Shown in pieces: positions 48,825-57,708 of a stretch of 64,000 nucleotides of DNA. Source of the DNA: Nannocystis bainbridge (lineage in GTDB: Bacteria; Myxococcota_A; Polyangia; Nannocystales; Nannocystaceae); contig NZ_JAQNDL010000003.1 in NCBI RefSeq assembly GCF_028368995.1, positions 2,848,001 to 2,912,000 of the forward strand. The letters run 5' to 3'. Every line of letters begins with the position of its first letter. Position 1 is the stretch's first letter. The position numbers and the translations under genes were made by a program. The notes below the pieces were generated by a model that saw only the letters and a list, made by a program, of their open reading frames with translations, was not told the DNA's origin and made no database searches.

Positions 48825-51800
48825 GTGTCGTCGCAACGGAGTTCGTCCCCGCCGGTCGAGGTGCTGATCGTGACGGCGCTCCGGATGGAGCGTGATGCGG
48901 TCAAGGCGGTGAGCACTGGAGCGCTGGGCGTCTGGAGCGAGGAGCGTGTGCCGGGCACTGGGCTGCGAGTGGAACGGCGGTCGTTCGCTGCGGCAGACGG
49001 GGCGAGGCTGACCGTCGCGTTGATCTGCGCGGAGGACATGGGCGGGACGCAGACCGCAGGCGTCGCCGGCCCGGTCGTGATGGCGCTACGGCCGCGGTGT
49101 TTGGCGATGTGCGGGGTGCTGGCCGGGAAGCCGGGAGACACCGAGTTCGGCGACGTGGTGTTCGCCGACCAGTTGCTCCTCCACGACTCGGGGAAGCGAA
49201 CGGCGAAGGGCTTCCAGCACGGGACCCGGCCCCATGTCATGGATATCCGGTGGGTGGAGAAGGCGCGTGACTTCGCCGAGGATCCTGGCGACGCGCTCGC
49301 ATGGCTGCGCGGGCCGGACTGGACCGTCGATCAGCAGCGGGCGTGGCTGCTCGATCAGTTCGCGCGAGGGCGTGGCTCGCAAAGCCTCGGGCCGTTGCTC
49401 GCGGAGTGTTGCCCGGAGTACGAGAGCATCGTCGCGGGGCTGCTCGCGGAGGAGCTGGTCCATCCGGGGGACCAGCCGCTCACCGAGCAAGGCAAGAAGC
49501 ACGTCGACGCCGAGCGGTTCAAGTCGCAGCGCTGGCCGGGACTCGATCCACCGCGGCGCTCGCTGCGGGTCCATGTCGGGCCGATCGCCTCCGGCAACGC
49601 TGTGCAAGGGGACGAGGTGCTCTGGGATGAGCTCGAGACGTTCGCGCGCAAGGTGCTGGGCGTCGAGATGGAGGCCCACGCGGTCGCCAACACGGCGGAA
49701 CTCCTGCAGCTCGAGCTCGCGGTGGTCATGAAGGGCGTGATGGATCATGCCGACAAGCACAAGGACGACCGCTTCAAATCGTTCGCCGCGCGGGCCTCGG
49801 CAGAGTGCCTGCTCGCGTTCCTGCGGCGAAATAGCGCCACACGGGTACGAACGGGGTATGACGACATCCTGTCGCCGGGGACTGCGACGTTGCCGGACGA
49901 CCCGAGCCCGTCCCGCCTGCTACACCCGTCGTACGAGGTGGTGAAGTTCTTCCGGGCGGGGCGGAAGGACATCCTGGCCGAGCTAGACGAGTGGTGCACG
50001 ACCGGGAAGGCGGTGCAGGGGCGACTCGTCCACGGTCCGGGGGGATTCGGCAAGACCCGATTGGCGATCGAGTGGACACGTGACCTGCGCGAGCGCGGGT
50101 GGGCGGCCGGATTTCTTCACGCGCACGTTGTCGAGGACTGGTTCGACCGCGTGGTCGGACTCGGGATGCCGGTCGCCGTGGTGATCGACTACGCCGAGAG
50201 CCGCGCCGAACTACGGCAACTGCTCGCGCCAGTGCTTCAGTACGCGTCGGCCAGGGTGAAGTTGCCGGTGCGGATCCTGCTGCTCGCGCGTGGGGTAGAC
50301 GACTGGTGGCAGGCGCTGCTCGAGGGCGACGAGTCGCGGCGTGCGTTTCTCACAGCGGTACCGCCAGTACCGCTGCGACCGCTCGCCGACGGGTCGGAGG
50401 TGCGGGTGGAGGTGTTTCGTGCCGCCGCGGCCGAGTTCGCGGCGCGGCGCGGCCGGACGGCGCCGACGGTGTCCAGGGCGCTGACAGACCCGATCTTCGA
50501 TCGTGCCCTGTACATTCACATGGCGGCGCTCGCGGCGGTAGACGAGCTGGACCTACAACCGCCCCGGAAGGCAGAGGAGGAGCCGCTGTTGGCGGCGATC
50601 CTCGAGCACGAGGAGCGCTTCTGGGACGAACGGCAGAAGCGACACGACCGGCAGCACCGCCTCCACGTCGAGCGGGCGCGCCGGCTCGTGGCGGCCGCCA
50701 CCCTGCGCGGCGGCTTACCGACGCGTGAGGTGGCGAACGCCATCGGAACCCGGCTGAGGGCCGCGGACGAGGATCTGCTCATGCTGCTGCACGACGTGTA
50801 TGGCGCGCCGGGTAGCGGAGGCGGACCCGGGACCTACGTGGGTCCTCTCGAGCCCGACCTACTCGGCGAGGGCATGGTGCGGCGGACGTATCGGCGCATG
50901 GACGAGCCGCGGGAGAACTACATTGACGGGGTGTTCGAGGACGCCGACGCGGACCGTCTCCGCCATGGTTTTGAGGCTCTGGGGCGAGCTGCGGTGGGCG
51001 AGAAGCCGGTGGTCCGTCCGTGGATCGATCGACTGTTGGCGCGGGAGACGGCAACGCGGGCACTGCTCGCGTTCGCAGCGGCGAAGGCCGTCGGCCGGCG
51101 CACGGCCTTGTCTGTACTCGGCGATGCGTTGGCCGATGCGCTCGAGCGAGCCGGGGACGCACGTGTGGCCGCGGCTCTCGAACACGACGGAATTCCAACG
51201 CAGACGGTCACGCTTCGCCGCGTCGCGGTGTGGGTAAGCAGAGCGCTGCTGGCAGCGGCCCCGGATGGGGAGGAGGAGAACTTTCTCTCGCAGCGGGCTC
51301 ATGTCCTGAACAACCTCGGCAACAGGCAGAGCGAGGTCGGACAGCGGGAGGCGGCGCTCGCGTCGACGGCGGAGGCGGTGCGCATCTACGAGGAGCTGGC
51401 GAAGCGGAACCCGGACGCGTTCCAGCCGGACCTCGCCATGAGCCTGAACAACCTCGGCAACAGGCAGGGCGAGGTCGGGCAGCGGGAGGCGGCGCTCGTG
51501 TCGGTGGCGGAGGCGGTGCGCATCTTCGAGGAGCTGGCAAAGCGGAATCCAGACGCGTTCCAGCCGGACCTCGCCGCAAGCCTGAACAACCTCGGCGCTA
51601 TGCAGAGTGAGGTCGGGCAGCGGGAGGCGGCGCTCGTGTCGACGGTGGAATCGGTGCGCCTCCGTAGGGAGCTGGCGAAGCGGAACCCGGACGCGTTCCA
51701 GCCGGACCTCGCCGCAAGCCTGAACAACCTCGGCAACAGGCAGAGCGAGGTCGGGCAGCGGGAAGCGGCGCTCGCGGAGGCGGCGGAGGCGGTGCGCATC

Positions 51801-53360
51801 TACGAGGAGCTGGCGAAGCGGAACCCGGACGCGTTCCAGCCGGACCTCGCCGCAAGCCTGAACAACCTCGGCCCCATACAGAGCGGGGTCGGGCGGCGGG
51901 AGGAGGCGCTCGCGTCGGCGGCGGAGGCGGTGCGCATCTATGAGGAGCTAGCGAAGCGGAACCCGGACGCGTTCCAGCCGGACCTCGCCCTGAGCCTGAA
52001 CAACTTCAGCGCCATGCAGAGCGAGGTCGGGCAGCGGGAAGCGGCGCTCGCGTCGGTGGCGGAGTCGGTGCGCATCTACGAGGAGCTGGCGAAGCGGAAC
52101 CCGGACGCGTTCCAGCCGGACCTCGCCGCGAGCCTGAACAACCTCGGCAACAGGCAGAGCGAGGTCGGGCAGCGGAAAGCGGCGCTCGCGTCGGTGGCGG
52201 AGGCGGTGCGCCTCCGTAGGGAGTTGGCGAAGCGGAACCCGGACGCGTTCCAGCCGGACCTCGCCGCGAGCCTGAACAACCTTGGCATCATGCAGAGCGA
52301 GGTCGGGCAGCCGGAGGCGGCGCTCACGTCGGCTGCGGAGGGGGTGCGCGTCTACGAGGAGCTGGCGAAGCGGAACCCGGACGCATTCCACCCGGACCTC
52401 GCCGCGAGCCTGAGCAACCTCGGCAACAGACAGAGCCAGGTCGGGCAGCCAGAGGCGGCGCTCGCGTCGGTGGCGGAGGCGGTGCGCATCTACGAGGAGC
52501 TGGCGAAGCGGAACCCGGACGCGTTCCAACCGCACCTCGCCGCGAGCCTGAACAACCTCGGCAACAGGCAGAGCGAGGCCGGGCGGCGGGAGGCAGCGCT
52601 CGCGTCGGTGGCGGAGGCGGTGCGCATCCGTAGGGAACTGGCGAAACGGAACCCGGACGCGTTCCAGCCGGGCCTCGCCATCAGCCTGAACAACCTCGGC
52701 ATTATGCAGAGCGAGGTCGGCCAGCCGGAAGTGGCGCTCGCGTCGGCTGCGGAGGGGGTGCGCATCTACGAGGAGCTGGCGAAGGGGAACCCGGGTGTGT
52801 TCCACCCGGAACTCGCCGCGAGCCTGAACAACCTCGGCTCAAGGCAGAGCGAGGTCGGCCAGCGGGAGGCGGCGCTCGAGTCGGTGGCGGAGGCGGTGCG
52901 CATCTACGAGGAGCTGGCAAAGCAGAACCCGGACGCGTTCCAGCCGCACCTCGCCATGAGCCTGAACAACCTCGGCGCCATGCAGAGCGAGGTCGGCCAG
53001 CGGGAGGCAGCGCTCGCATCGATGGCGGAGGCGGTGCGCATCCGTAGGGAGCTGGCGAAGCGGAACCCGGACGCGTTCCAGCCGCACCTCGCCATGAGCC
53101 TGAACAACCTCGGCGCCATGCAGAGCGAGGTCGGCCAGCGGGAGGCGGCGCTCGCGTCAGCAGCGGAGACGTTTGACCTGTACTGGCCGCACTTCGCTGC
53201 ACACCCCGAAAACTTCGCGCGAAACATGATGATCTCGCTGCGGAATCTCCTCCGACGACAGCGCGACGCGGGACTAGCTCCGGACGCGGCGCTGCTCGAG
53301 CGTGTCGGCGTCCTCCGCGGGTTGGGCCTCGACATGCCGCTCGATTTGGATAGCGGATGA
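48825..53360 (+). CDS. NLR-like protein: PNP/MTA-nucleosidase effector + P-loop (STAND-like) NTPase + TPR array
   Basis: LIVTALRME, MCGVLAG..GDVV, GPIASGN, GVEMEAHA and KGVMDHAD..KDD (PNP_UDP-like); HGPGGFGKTRLA and VVIDYAE; 14 LNNLG repeats. Confidence 0.88.
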   Translation: MSSQRSSSPPVEVLIVTALRMERDAVKAVSTGALGVWSEERVPGTGLRVERRSFAAADGARLTVALICAEDMGGTQTAGVAGPVVMALRPRCLAMCGVLAGKPGDTEFGDVVFADQLLLHDSGKRTAKGFQHGTRPHVMDIRWVEKARDFAEDPGDALAWLRGPDWTVDQQRAWLLDQFARGRGSQSLGPLLAECCPEYESIVAGLLAEELVHPGDQPLTEQGKKHVDAERFKSQRWPGLDPPRRSLRVHVGPIASGNAVQGDEVLWDELETFARKVLGVEMEAHAVANTAELLQLELAVVMKGVMDHADKHKDDRFKSFAARASAECLLAFLRRNSATRVRTGYDDILSPGTATLPDDPSPSRLLHPSYEVVKFFRAGRKDILAELDEWCTTGKAVQGRLVHGPGGFGKTRLAIEWTRDLRERGWAAGFLHAHVVEDWFDRVVGLGMPVAVVIDYAESRAELRQLLAPVLQYASARVKLPVRILLLARGVDDWWQALLEGDESRRAFLTAVPPVPLRPLADGSEVRVEVFRAAAAEFAARRGRTAPTVSRALTDPIFDRALYIHMAALAAVDELDLQPPRKAEEEPLLAAILEHEERFWDERQKRHDRQHRLHVERARRLVAAATLRGGLPTREVANAIGTRLRAADEDLLMLLHDVYGAPGSGGGPGTYVGPLEPDLLGEGMVRRTYRRMDEPRENYIDGVFEDADADRLRHGFEALGRAAVGEKPVVRPWIDRLLARETATRALLAFAAAKAVGRRTALSVLGDALADALERAGDARVAAALEHDGIPTQTVTLRRVAVWVSRALLAAAPDGEEENFLSQRAHVLNNLGNRQSEVGQREAALASTAEAVRIYEELAKRNPDAFQPDLAMSLNNLGNRQGEVGQREAALVSVAEAVRIFEELAKRNPDAFQPDLAASLNNLGAMQSEVGQREAALVSTVESVRLRRELAKRNPDAFQPDLAASLNNLGNRQSEVGQREAALAEAAEAVRIYEELAKRNPDAFQPDLAASLNNLGPIQSGVGRREEALASAAEAVRIYEELAKRNPDAFQPDLALSLNNFSAMQSEVGQREAALASVAESVRIYEELAKRNPDAFQPDLAASLNNLGNRQSEVGQRKAALASVAEAVRLRRELAKRNPDAFQPDLAASLNNLGIMQSEVGQPEAALTSAAEGVRVYEELAKRNPDAFHPDLAASLSNLGNRQSQVGQPEAALASVAEAVRIYEELAKRNPDAFQPHLAASLNNLGNRQSEAGRREAALASVAEAVRIRRELAKRNPDAFQPGLAISLNNLGIMQSEVGQPEVALASAAEGVRIYEELAKGNPGVFHPELAASLNNLGSRQSEVGQREAALESVAEAVRIYEELAKQNPDAFQPHLAMSLNNLGAMQSEVGQREAALASMAEAVRIRRELAKRNPDAFQPHLAMSLNNLGAMQSEVGQREAALASAAETFDLYWPHFAAHPENFARNMMISLRNLLRRQRDAGLAPDAALLERVGVLRGLGLDMPLDLDSG
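51306..53170 (+). repeat. 138-bp (46-aa) TPR-coding tandem repeat, 14 units
   Basis: CTGAACAAC-type unit starts at 51306 + n x 138, up to 53100. Confidence 0.95.
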
Positions 53361-53832
53361 GCCCATACATGGCCGCGGGGACAGATGACGACAAGGCCGA
53401 GTTGGTCGGCGCGGCAGCGCCTGTCCTTTCTTTCGACGGTGGACGTTCTGCTCGTCTCGACGGTTCGCAGGCCGGCGGTCCCAAAGCTTGTTTAAGCGGG
53501 GAGTGCATGCGATCGGCGACTTCATCGCCGCGCCGGGCGCTCGCCCGCTGCCGACCTACCCGAAGCGCACGCGGCCTCGGCCTGATCGCCAGGACTCACC
53601 CTCGGCTGCGTATGCTGAGTCGCCGCGATGACTCGAACTAGCATGACCGAGTAGACATGCCCCAATGGACAGTATGGAGCGCCAGCGCGCGATACTCCTG
53701 ATGCCCCATGGGGACTCGGTCCCGATGTCCAGGCAGCCGGCAATGGTCCGTAGTCGGCCCCGAGGCTGGCGGCATTCCGGGGGGTCTGCGTTGACGCGTC
53801 GAGTTATGCGCGGTCGTGAGATCTCCAGCTCC

Positions 53833-53861
53833 GGGTCGAAATTGGTTCAACTTTGGTACGA
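53833..53861 (+). promoter_or_regulatory. Putative integrase arm-type binding sites (right)
   Basis: GGGTCGAAA-TTGGTTCAA-CT-TTGGTACGA, 11-bp-spaced repeats matching 14655-14672. Confidence 0.5.
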
Positions 53862-53922
53862 ATTCCTGTCGAGCGGGATCAAAGTGACGAATTCGCGGGA
53901 ATTGAGCCCACCTGCATAGCCT

Positions 53923-54579
53923 ATGGCCGACATCGACAACGACGGCCAGGCCGACATCGTCGTCGTCTCCAACGCCTACGGCAAGAACGACCCGAGCATC
54001 AGTTGCGTCGAGGACGGCGTCAGCGGTCAGTCCGGCGTGCGCGTGTTCGGCACCGCCGGCGGCAAGTGGGTGCGCACGCGCCGGGTCTGGAATCAGCACA
54101 CTTATCATATCACCAATGTCAACGAGGACGGCACGATCCCCGCAGGCGAGGAGCCCAACTGGACCGTCCCGGACTTCAACAACTTCCGCCAGAACAAGCA
54201 GCCCGACAGCGAGCGCGGCGCCCCCGACGCGATCGTCGCCATCGCCCCGCTGTGCGAGGAGAGCGACTACTCCTTGACCGCCACCGTCCGCAACATCGGC
54301 GAGGCCCCGCTCCCGCCTGGCGTCGTCGTCGGCTTCTACACCGGCGTCCCCGACACCGGCATGAAGATCGGCGAGCTCGTCACCACCAAGGCCCTCTACC
54401 CGCTCGAGTCCGAGACCCTCAAGCTCCCGTTCAACGACGCCCCCGCCGACGTCAAGAACGGCATCGTCGACATCTACGCCATCGTCGACGATACCATGGT
54501 CCCGCACCCCGAATGGCAGGAGTGCCGCATCGACAACAACACCGGCACCAGCACCGGCAAGTGCCTCATCGCCGGCTGA
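53923..54579 (+). CDS. FG-GAP lipoprotein, 3' part (last FG-GAP blade plus CARDB-like Ig domain)
   Basis: M-ADIDNDGQADIVVVSN...WVRTRRVWNQHTYHITN...ATVRNIGEAP...VDD...EC..DNN continues the protein at 12712-14574. Confidence 0.88.
   Translation: MADIDNDGQADIVVVSNAYGKNDPSISCVEDGVSGQSGVRVFGTAGGKWVRTRRVWNQHTYHITNVNEDGTIPAGEEPNWTVPDFNNFRQNKQPDSERGAPDAIVAIAPLCEESDYSLTATVRNIGEAPLPPGVVVGFYTGVPDTGMKIGELVTTKALYPLESETLKLPFNDAPADVKNGIVDIYAIVDDTMVPHPEWQECRIDNNTGTSTGKCLIAG
53926..53946 (+). other. attR of the integrative island
   Basis: GCCGACA-TCGACAA-CGACGGC; host-like codon usage resumes here. Confidence 0.85.
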
Positions 54580-54633
54580 GGCCCGGCGTCACGGCCGGGC
54601 CAGCGCTGCCGCTCGCCCGGCCTCGACGGCTTC
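54514..54633 (+). repeat. 3' end of the FG-GAP gene plus downstream DNA, duplicated at 56557-56667
   Basis: TGGCAGGAGTGCCGCATCGACAACAACACCGGCACCAGCACCGGCA...GCCGGCTGAGGCCCGGC...GGCTTC occurs in both places. Confidence 0.85.
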
Positions 54634-54753
54634 GACAAACACCGCCCCGCGTCACGCTGGCCTCGCCGCCCCCGGTGTGCTCAGCGTCAACAACATTTCC
54701 GGGTGGTCGGCGCCGGCGATGGCGCCGGGCCCGGCATCCGCCGGAGCCTCTGA

Positions 54754-56058
54754 TCACAGCACCGCGGCGACGGCCCGGCGGTCCGCTCGCGCCGTGGGGG
54801 CCAGAAATCCCTCGAGCTCCTGGTCCAGGCAGACCGTTCGAACGGCGCGCAATATGTCCTGTTGCTCCGGGGTGTCCGCCGCGAAGCCGTCCGCAAACAG
54901 CCGCTCCCAGCGCTGGACGGCGCCGCAGCGGATGAACCTGAGCATATATTCATCGAAGGTCAGGCATATGCGATGGAGCGACCGCTCGGAGTAGTTCCAG
55001 TGATACAGCGGATAGCGGTCCACGGCCGCCAGATCGATGAAGATCGGGTATTCGCCGTGGACGAGCACCCGGTACTGGCCCTCGGGGCGCCCGTTCAGCC
55101 GAATATCTCCGAGGTATTCCGCGACGAGAGACTCTTTACGCCAGAACAGGTCCATATAGCCGGAGATGCGTGAGTCCGCGAACAGACCGTCTCTGCGCCA
55201 CGAGAAGACCGTCCCGTCGAGCTGGCGATAGAAGTTCAGCACACCCGCCGGCACGGGATGTCCGAGGATCAAGTGCGCGGCGATCGTCTCGCTCGACATC
55301 GGCGCGCCACCGTCCATCATCGGCCTCCCCTTCCCGGTCCTCCCGGGTCGCATCCACTCGCGGGCGGCCACGGCCTGCGCGAGCTCGGCGTGCCAGTCGA
55401 CCCCCGGCGAGGTCGCCACCAGGAGCCCGGCGACCTCGCGCTCCAGCGCCGCGAAAGATCCGGGCAGGCCGAGCTCGCGGCGAGCGGCGTCGGCGACGAG
55501 TAGCGGCCATAACGGCGCCCCGGCGCAGCGGATCGCCAGCGCGAGGTACTCCTCCAGCCGAAACGGCAGCGTCCAGCGCTTCGTATCCAGCGCGAGCACC
55601 AGCTCATAGCTGCCCTCCGTGAGTCGCGCGCACGTGTGCACATGGTGCCCACGATGCGAGGTGCACGCGAGCGGGAGCAGGCCTTCGCGCAGCAGCGGGT
55701 CCTGCGTCGGGTGAGCGGCGTGCCGGGCCAGCGCGTCCGCCAGCGCCTTGACCGCCAGGAGCTGGATCTGACCGCCGGGCCAGCGCAGTCGCATGCGATT
55801 GACGGCGACGAGGCCGTCGCGGAGGTCGTCGGGCAGCGCGGGCAGCTGGTCGCACAGCGCCTGCAGGTCGGCACGCGCGACCTTCCTCGGCGGGAGGTAC
55901 TCACAGCCGGTCACCGCCGCGAGCGCGACGCCCGGCGGCGGACCGAGGCCCGAGGGACCACGAAGCGCGGTGAGTAGATCGTTGAGCGACACCGGCGCGA
56001 GACTGGCACGTCGCGCCTGCGCCGGGAACAGGATCATCCTCCCCGGGTCGACGAGCAT
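54754..56058 (-). CDS. Protein with two SMI1/KNR4(SUKH)-like domains (start uncertain)
   Basis: LPDDLRDGLVAVNRMRLRW...LEEYLALAIRC.G...W and VPAGVLNFYRQLDG..FSW...LTFDEYM..FIRC.....W. Confidence 0.5.
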   Translation of the reverse strand: MLVDPGRMILFPAQARRASLAPVSLNDLLTALRGPSGLGPPPGVALAAVTGCEYLPPRKVARADLQALCDQLPALPDDLRDGLVAVNRMRLRWPGGQIQLLAVKALADALARHAAHPTQDPLLREGLLPLACTSHRGHHVHTCARLTEGSYELVLALDTKRWTLPFRLEEYLALAIRCAGAPLWPLLVADAARRELGLPGSFAALEREVAGLLVATSPGVDWHAELAQAVAAREWMRPGRTGKGRPMMDGGAPMSSETIAAHLILGHPVPAGVLNFYRQLDGTVFSWRRDGLFADSRISGYMDLFWRKESLVAEYLGDIRLNGRPEGQYRVLVHGEYPIFIDLAAVDRYPLYHWNYSERSLHRICLTFDEYMLRFIRCGAVQRWERLFADGFAADTPEQQDILRAVRTVCLDQELEGFLAPTARADRRAVAAVL

Positions 56059-56105
56059 ATGCGTGAGTCCAGGCACCCTGCGGACCGGTGAGACCGGCGC
56101 GCCGG

Positions 56106-56520
56106 TCAGAGGCCGAATTGTGCGAGCACGAGGGTCTTCTTGCCGGACGTGCCGACGAGCACACCGTCGAGTTTGACCTTGCCGTTGACTGTGATTGCGA
56201 CGATCGCCGCGCCGTCTGGCCCGGCGATGGCTGTGGCCACCGAGGACACGTCGTTGGGTATGGTCGGCGAGCAGCGCGGAGCTCCACACGTGCGAGCCGT
56301 CCGCCGCGAGCTGCGCGAGCGTGGCGGCTCCATAGATGATTGCCGTCGGCGTCGAGCTGGGCGAGCAACACATCGCCCAGCCGTTGGAGTACAGCACGCC
56401 ACCGCCGAGGTCGATGCCCGGGCCGTACAGCGTGCCTGCGAGCCACATCCGGCCATCGCCGACGGGGGCGACGAAGAGCGGCAATTCGCTCGCAGTGCCA
56501 TGATTGAGGCCGACATGGCG
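56106..56520 (-). pseudogene. Frameshifted remnant of a beta-propeller protein gene
   Basis: Protein-like pieces in three frames: WLAGTLYGPGIDLGGG / DVLLAQLDADGNHLWS / LAQLAADGSHVWS / KTLVLAQFGL*. Confidence 0.5.
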
Positions 56521-56556
56521 GTGGGCCCACCTGGGCTCGATGGTTTGCGATCGAGG

Positions 56557-56667
56557 TGGCAGGAGTGCCGGATCGACAACAACACCGGCACCAGCACCGG
56601 CAGTGCCTCGTCGCCGGCTGAGGCCCGGCCTGGCCAGCGCCACCGCTCGCCCCGCCTCGTCGGCTTC
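56557..56667 (+). repeat. Degenerate second copy of the FG-GAP gene 3' end
   Basis: See 54514-54633; carries small deletions. Confidence 0.85.
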
Positions 56668-56780
56668 ACAGGAGGTCGACGCGGACCCGGCGGCCGCGCC
56701 GCTCGCGGGAGCGCGACCGCGTCCTGCTCGTCCGGGCGACCCGGGCGCGGCGCTGCGGAGGAGCGTGTTAGCATGGCCGC

Positions 56781-56993
56781 ATGAGCGTCCATCGCGTCGA
56801 CAACCAGGACGAACGGCAGGACATCTGGCGTCGCGTCTACGCCCAGGTGTTCGCCTCGGCTTTCATGCAGAGGCTGTCCGACCCGAGCTTCCTGGGCGAC
56901 AAGCCGCTGGATGAACTCGCCCAGGACGCCGCAGACCTGGCCATCGCCAATATCCCGACGACGCGCCCGGTCACCCCGGGGCCGATGGTCTAG
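56781..56993 (+). CDS. Small hypothetical protein
   Basis: 70 aa, gene-like codons, convergent with the GST gene. Confidence 0.5.
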   Translation: MSVHRVDNQDERQDIWRRVYAQVFASAFMQRLSDPSFLGDKPLDELAQDAADLAIANIPTTRPVTPGPMV

Positions 56994-57622
56994 CTGACCG
57001 CGGCCTCCGCCATCAATCCCGCGTCCAGCTCGGCGGCACGAGCGAAGGCCGGATGCGCGGCGACACGGTCGATGTAAGCGCGGATCTCCGGCAGCGCGGG
57101 CACGATCCCGAAACCCGTGGTCCAGCGCAGCGCGCTGCCCCACAGCACGTCGGCGGCGCTGAAACGGTCGCCGAGCAGGTAATCGCCGCGCCCGAGCTGC
57201 TCGACCAGCGTCTTCAGCATCGCATCGTAGCTGCCGTAACCAGCGGTCGAGGCCTCGATGTCCGGGCGCTTCATCGCGTGGTCGACCACCGCGGGTTCGA
57301 AGCTCGAGCCATAGAACGCGATCCAGCGCAGATAGGGGCCACGACGTGGATCGTCGAGGGCCGGCGCCAGCCCGGCCGCCGGGAACAGGTCGGCCAGGTA
57401 GATGTAAATCGCGACCTGCTCGGTCACCACCGCGTCGCGGTACCGGATGGTCGGCAGTTTGCCCAGCGGATTGAGCGCGAGGAACTCCGGCGTGCGGTTC
57501 GCCCCGGCCTTGAGGTCGATGAATCGCACTTCGTACGGTGCTCCGAGCGCTTCGAGCAGCACGCGCACGCCGGCCGAACGCGATTGTGGATTGTGAAAGA
57601 GGGTGATGATCGACTCGGTCAT
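56990..57622 (-). CDS. Glutathione S-transferase
   Basis: HNPQSRS, LALNPLGKLPTI, TEQVAIYIYLAD and FSAADVL. Confidence 0.9.
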   Translation of the reverse strand: MTESIITLFHNPQSRSAGVRVLLEALGAPYEVRFIDLKAGANRTPEFLALNPLGKLPTIRYRDAVVTEQVAIYIYLADLFPAAGLAPALDDPRRGPYLRWIAFYGSSFEPAVVDHAMKRPDIEASTAGYGSYDAMLKTLVEQLGRGDYLLGDRFSAADVLWGSALRWTTGFGIVPALPEIRAYIDRVAAHPAFARAAELDAGLMAEAAVS

Positions 57623-57678
57623 GGTGGATCTTTCGGGGGGTGGGGGTTGAAGCGCGAGGAGAGAGTAGCGCCCATTGC

Positions 57679-57693
57679 GGACAGATTCTGTCC
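57679..57693. promoter_or_regulatory. Putative operator of the WYL regulator
   Basis: GGACAGA-T-TCTGTCC perfect inverted repeat in the short gap between the divergent GST and WYL genes. Confidence 0.65.
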
Positions 57694-57708
57694 TCGATAG
57701 CCTCGGGC

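Larger units (their letters stand above)
14554..53946. mobile_element. ~39.4 kb tyrosine-integrase genomic island inserted in an FG-GAP gene
   Basis: Integrase next to attL, direct-repeat att sites, host gene split in frame across the boundaries, lower-GC junctions and accessory cargo. Confidence 0.88.

Noticed and set aside
51306-53170. Diversity-generating retroelement target
   Set aside because: No reverse transcriptase or template repeat in the window, and the variation is not visibly adenine-specific
14554-53946. Prophage or conjugative ICE
   Set aside because: No capsid, terminase, tail, relaxase or T4SS genes were recognised, so it is called only an integrative island
54754-56643. 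A single 629-aa protein as given in the ORF track
   Set aside because: Its 5' third runs through the duplicated FG-GAP end and a frameshifted pseudogene; the real start is probably near 56058 or later
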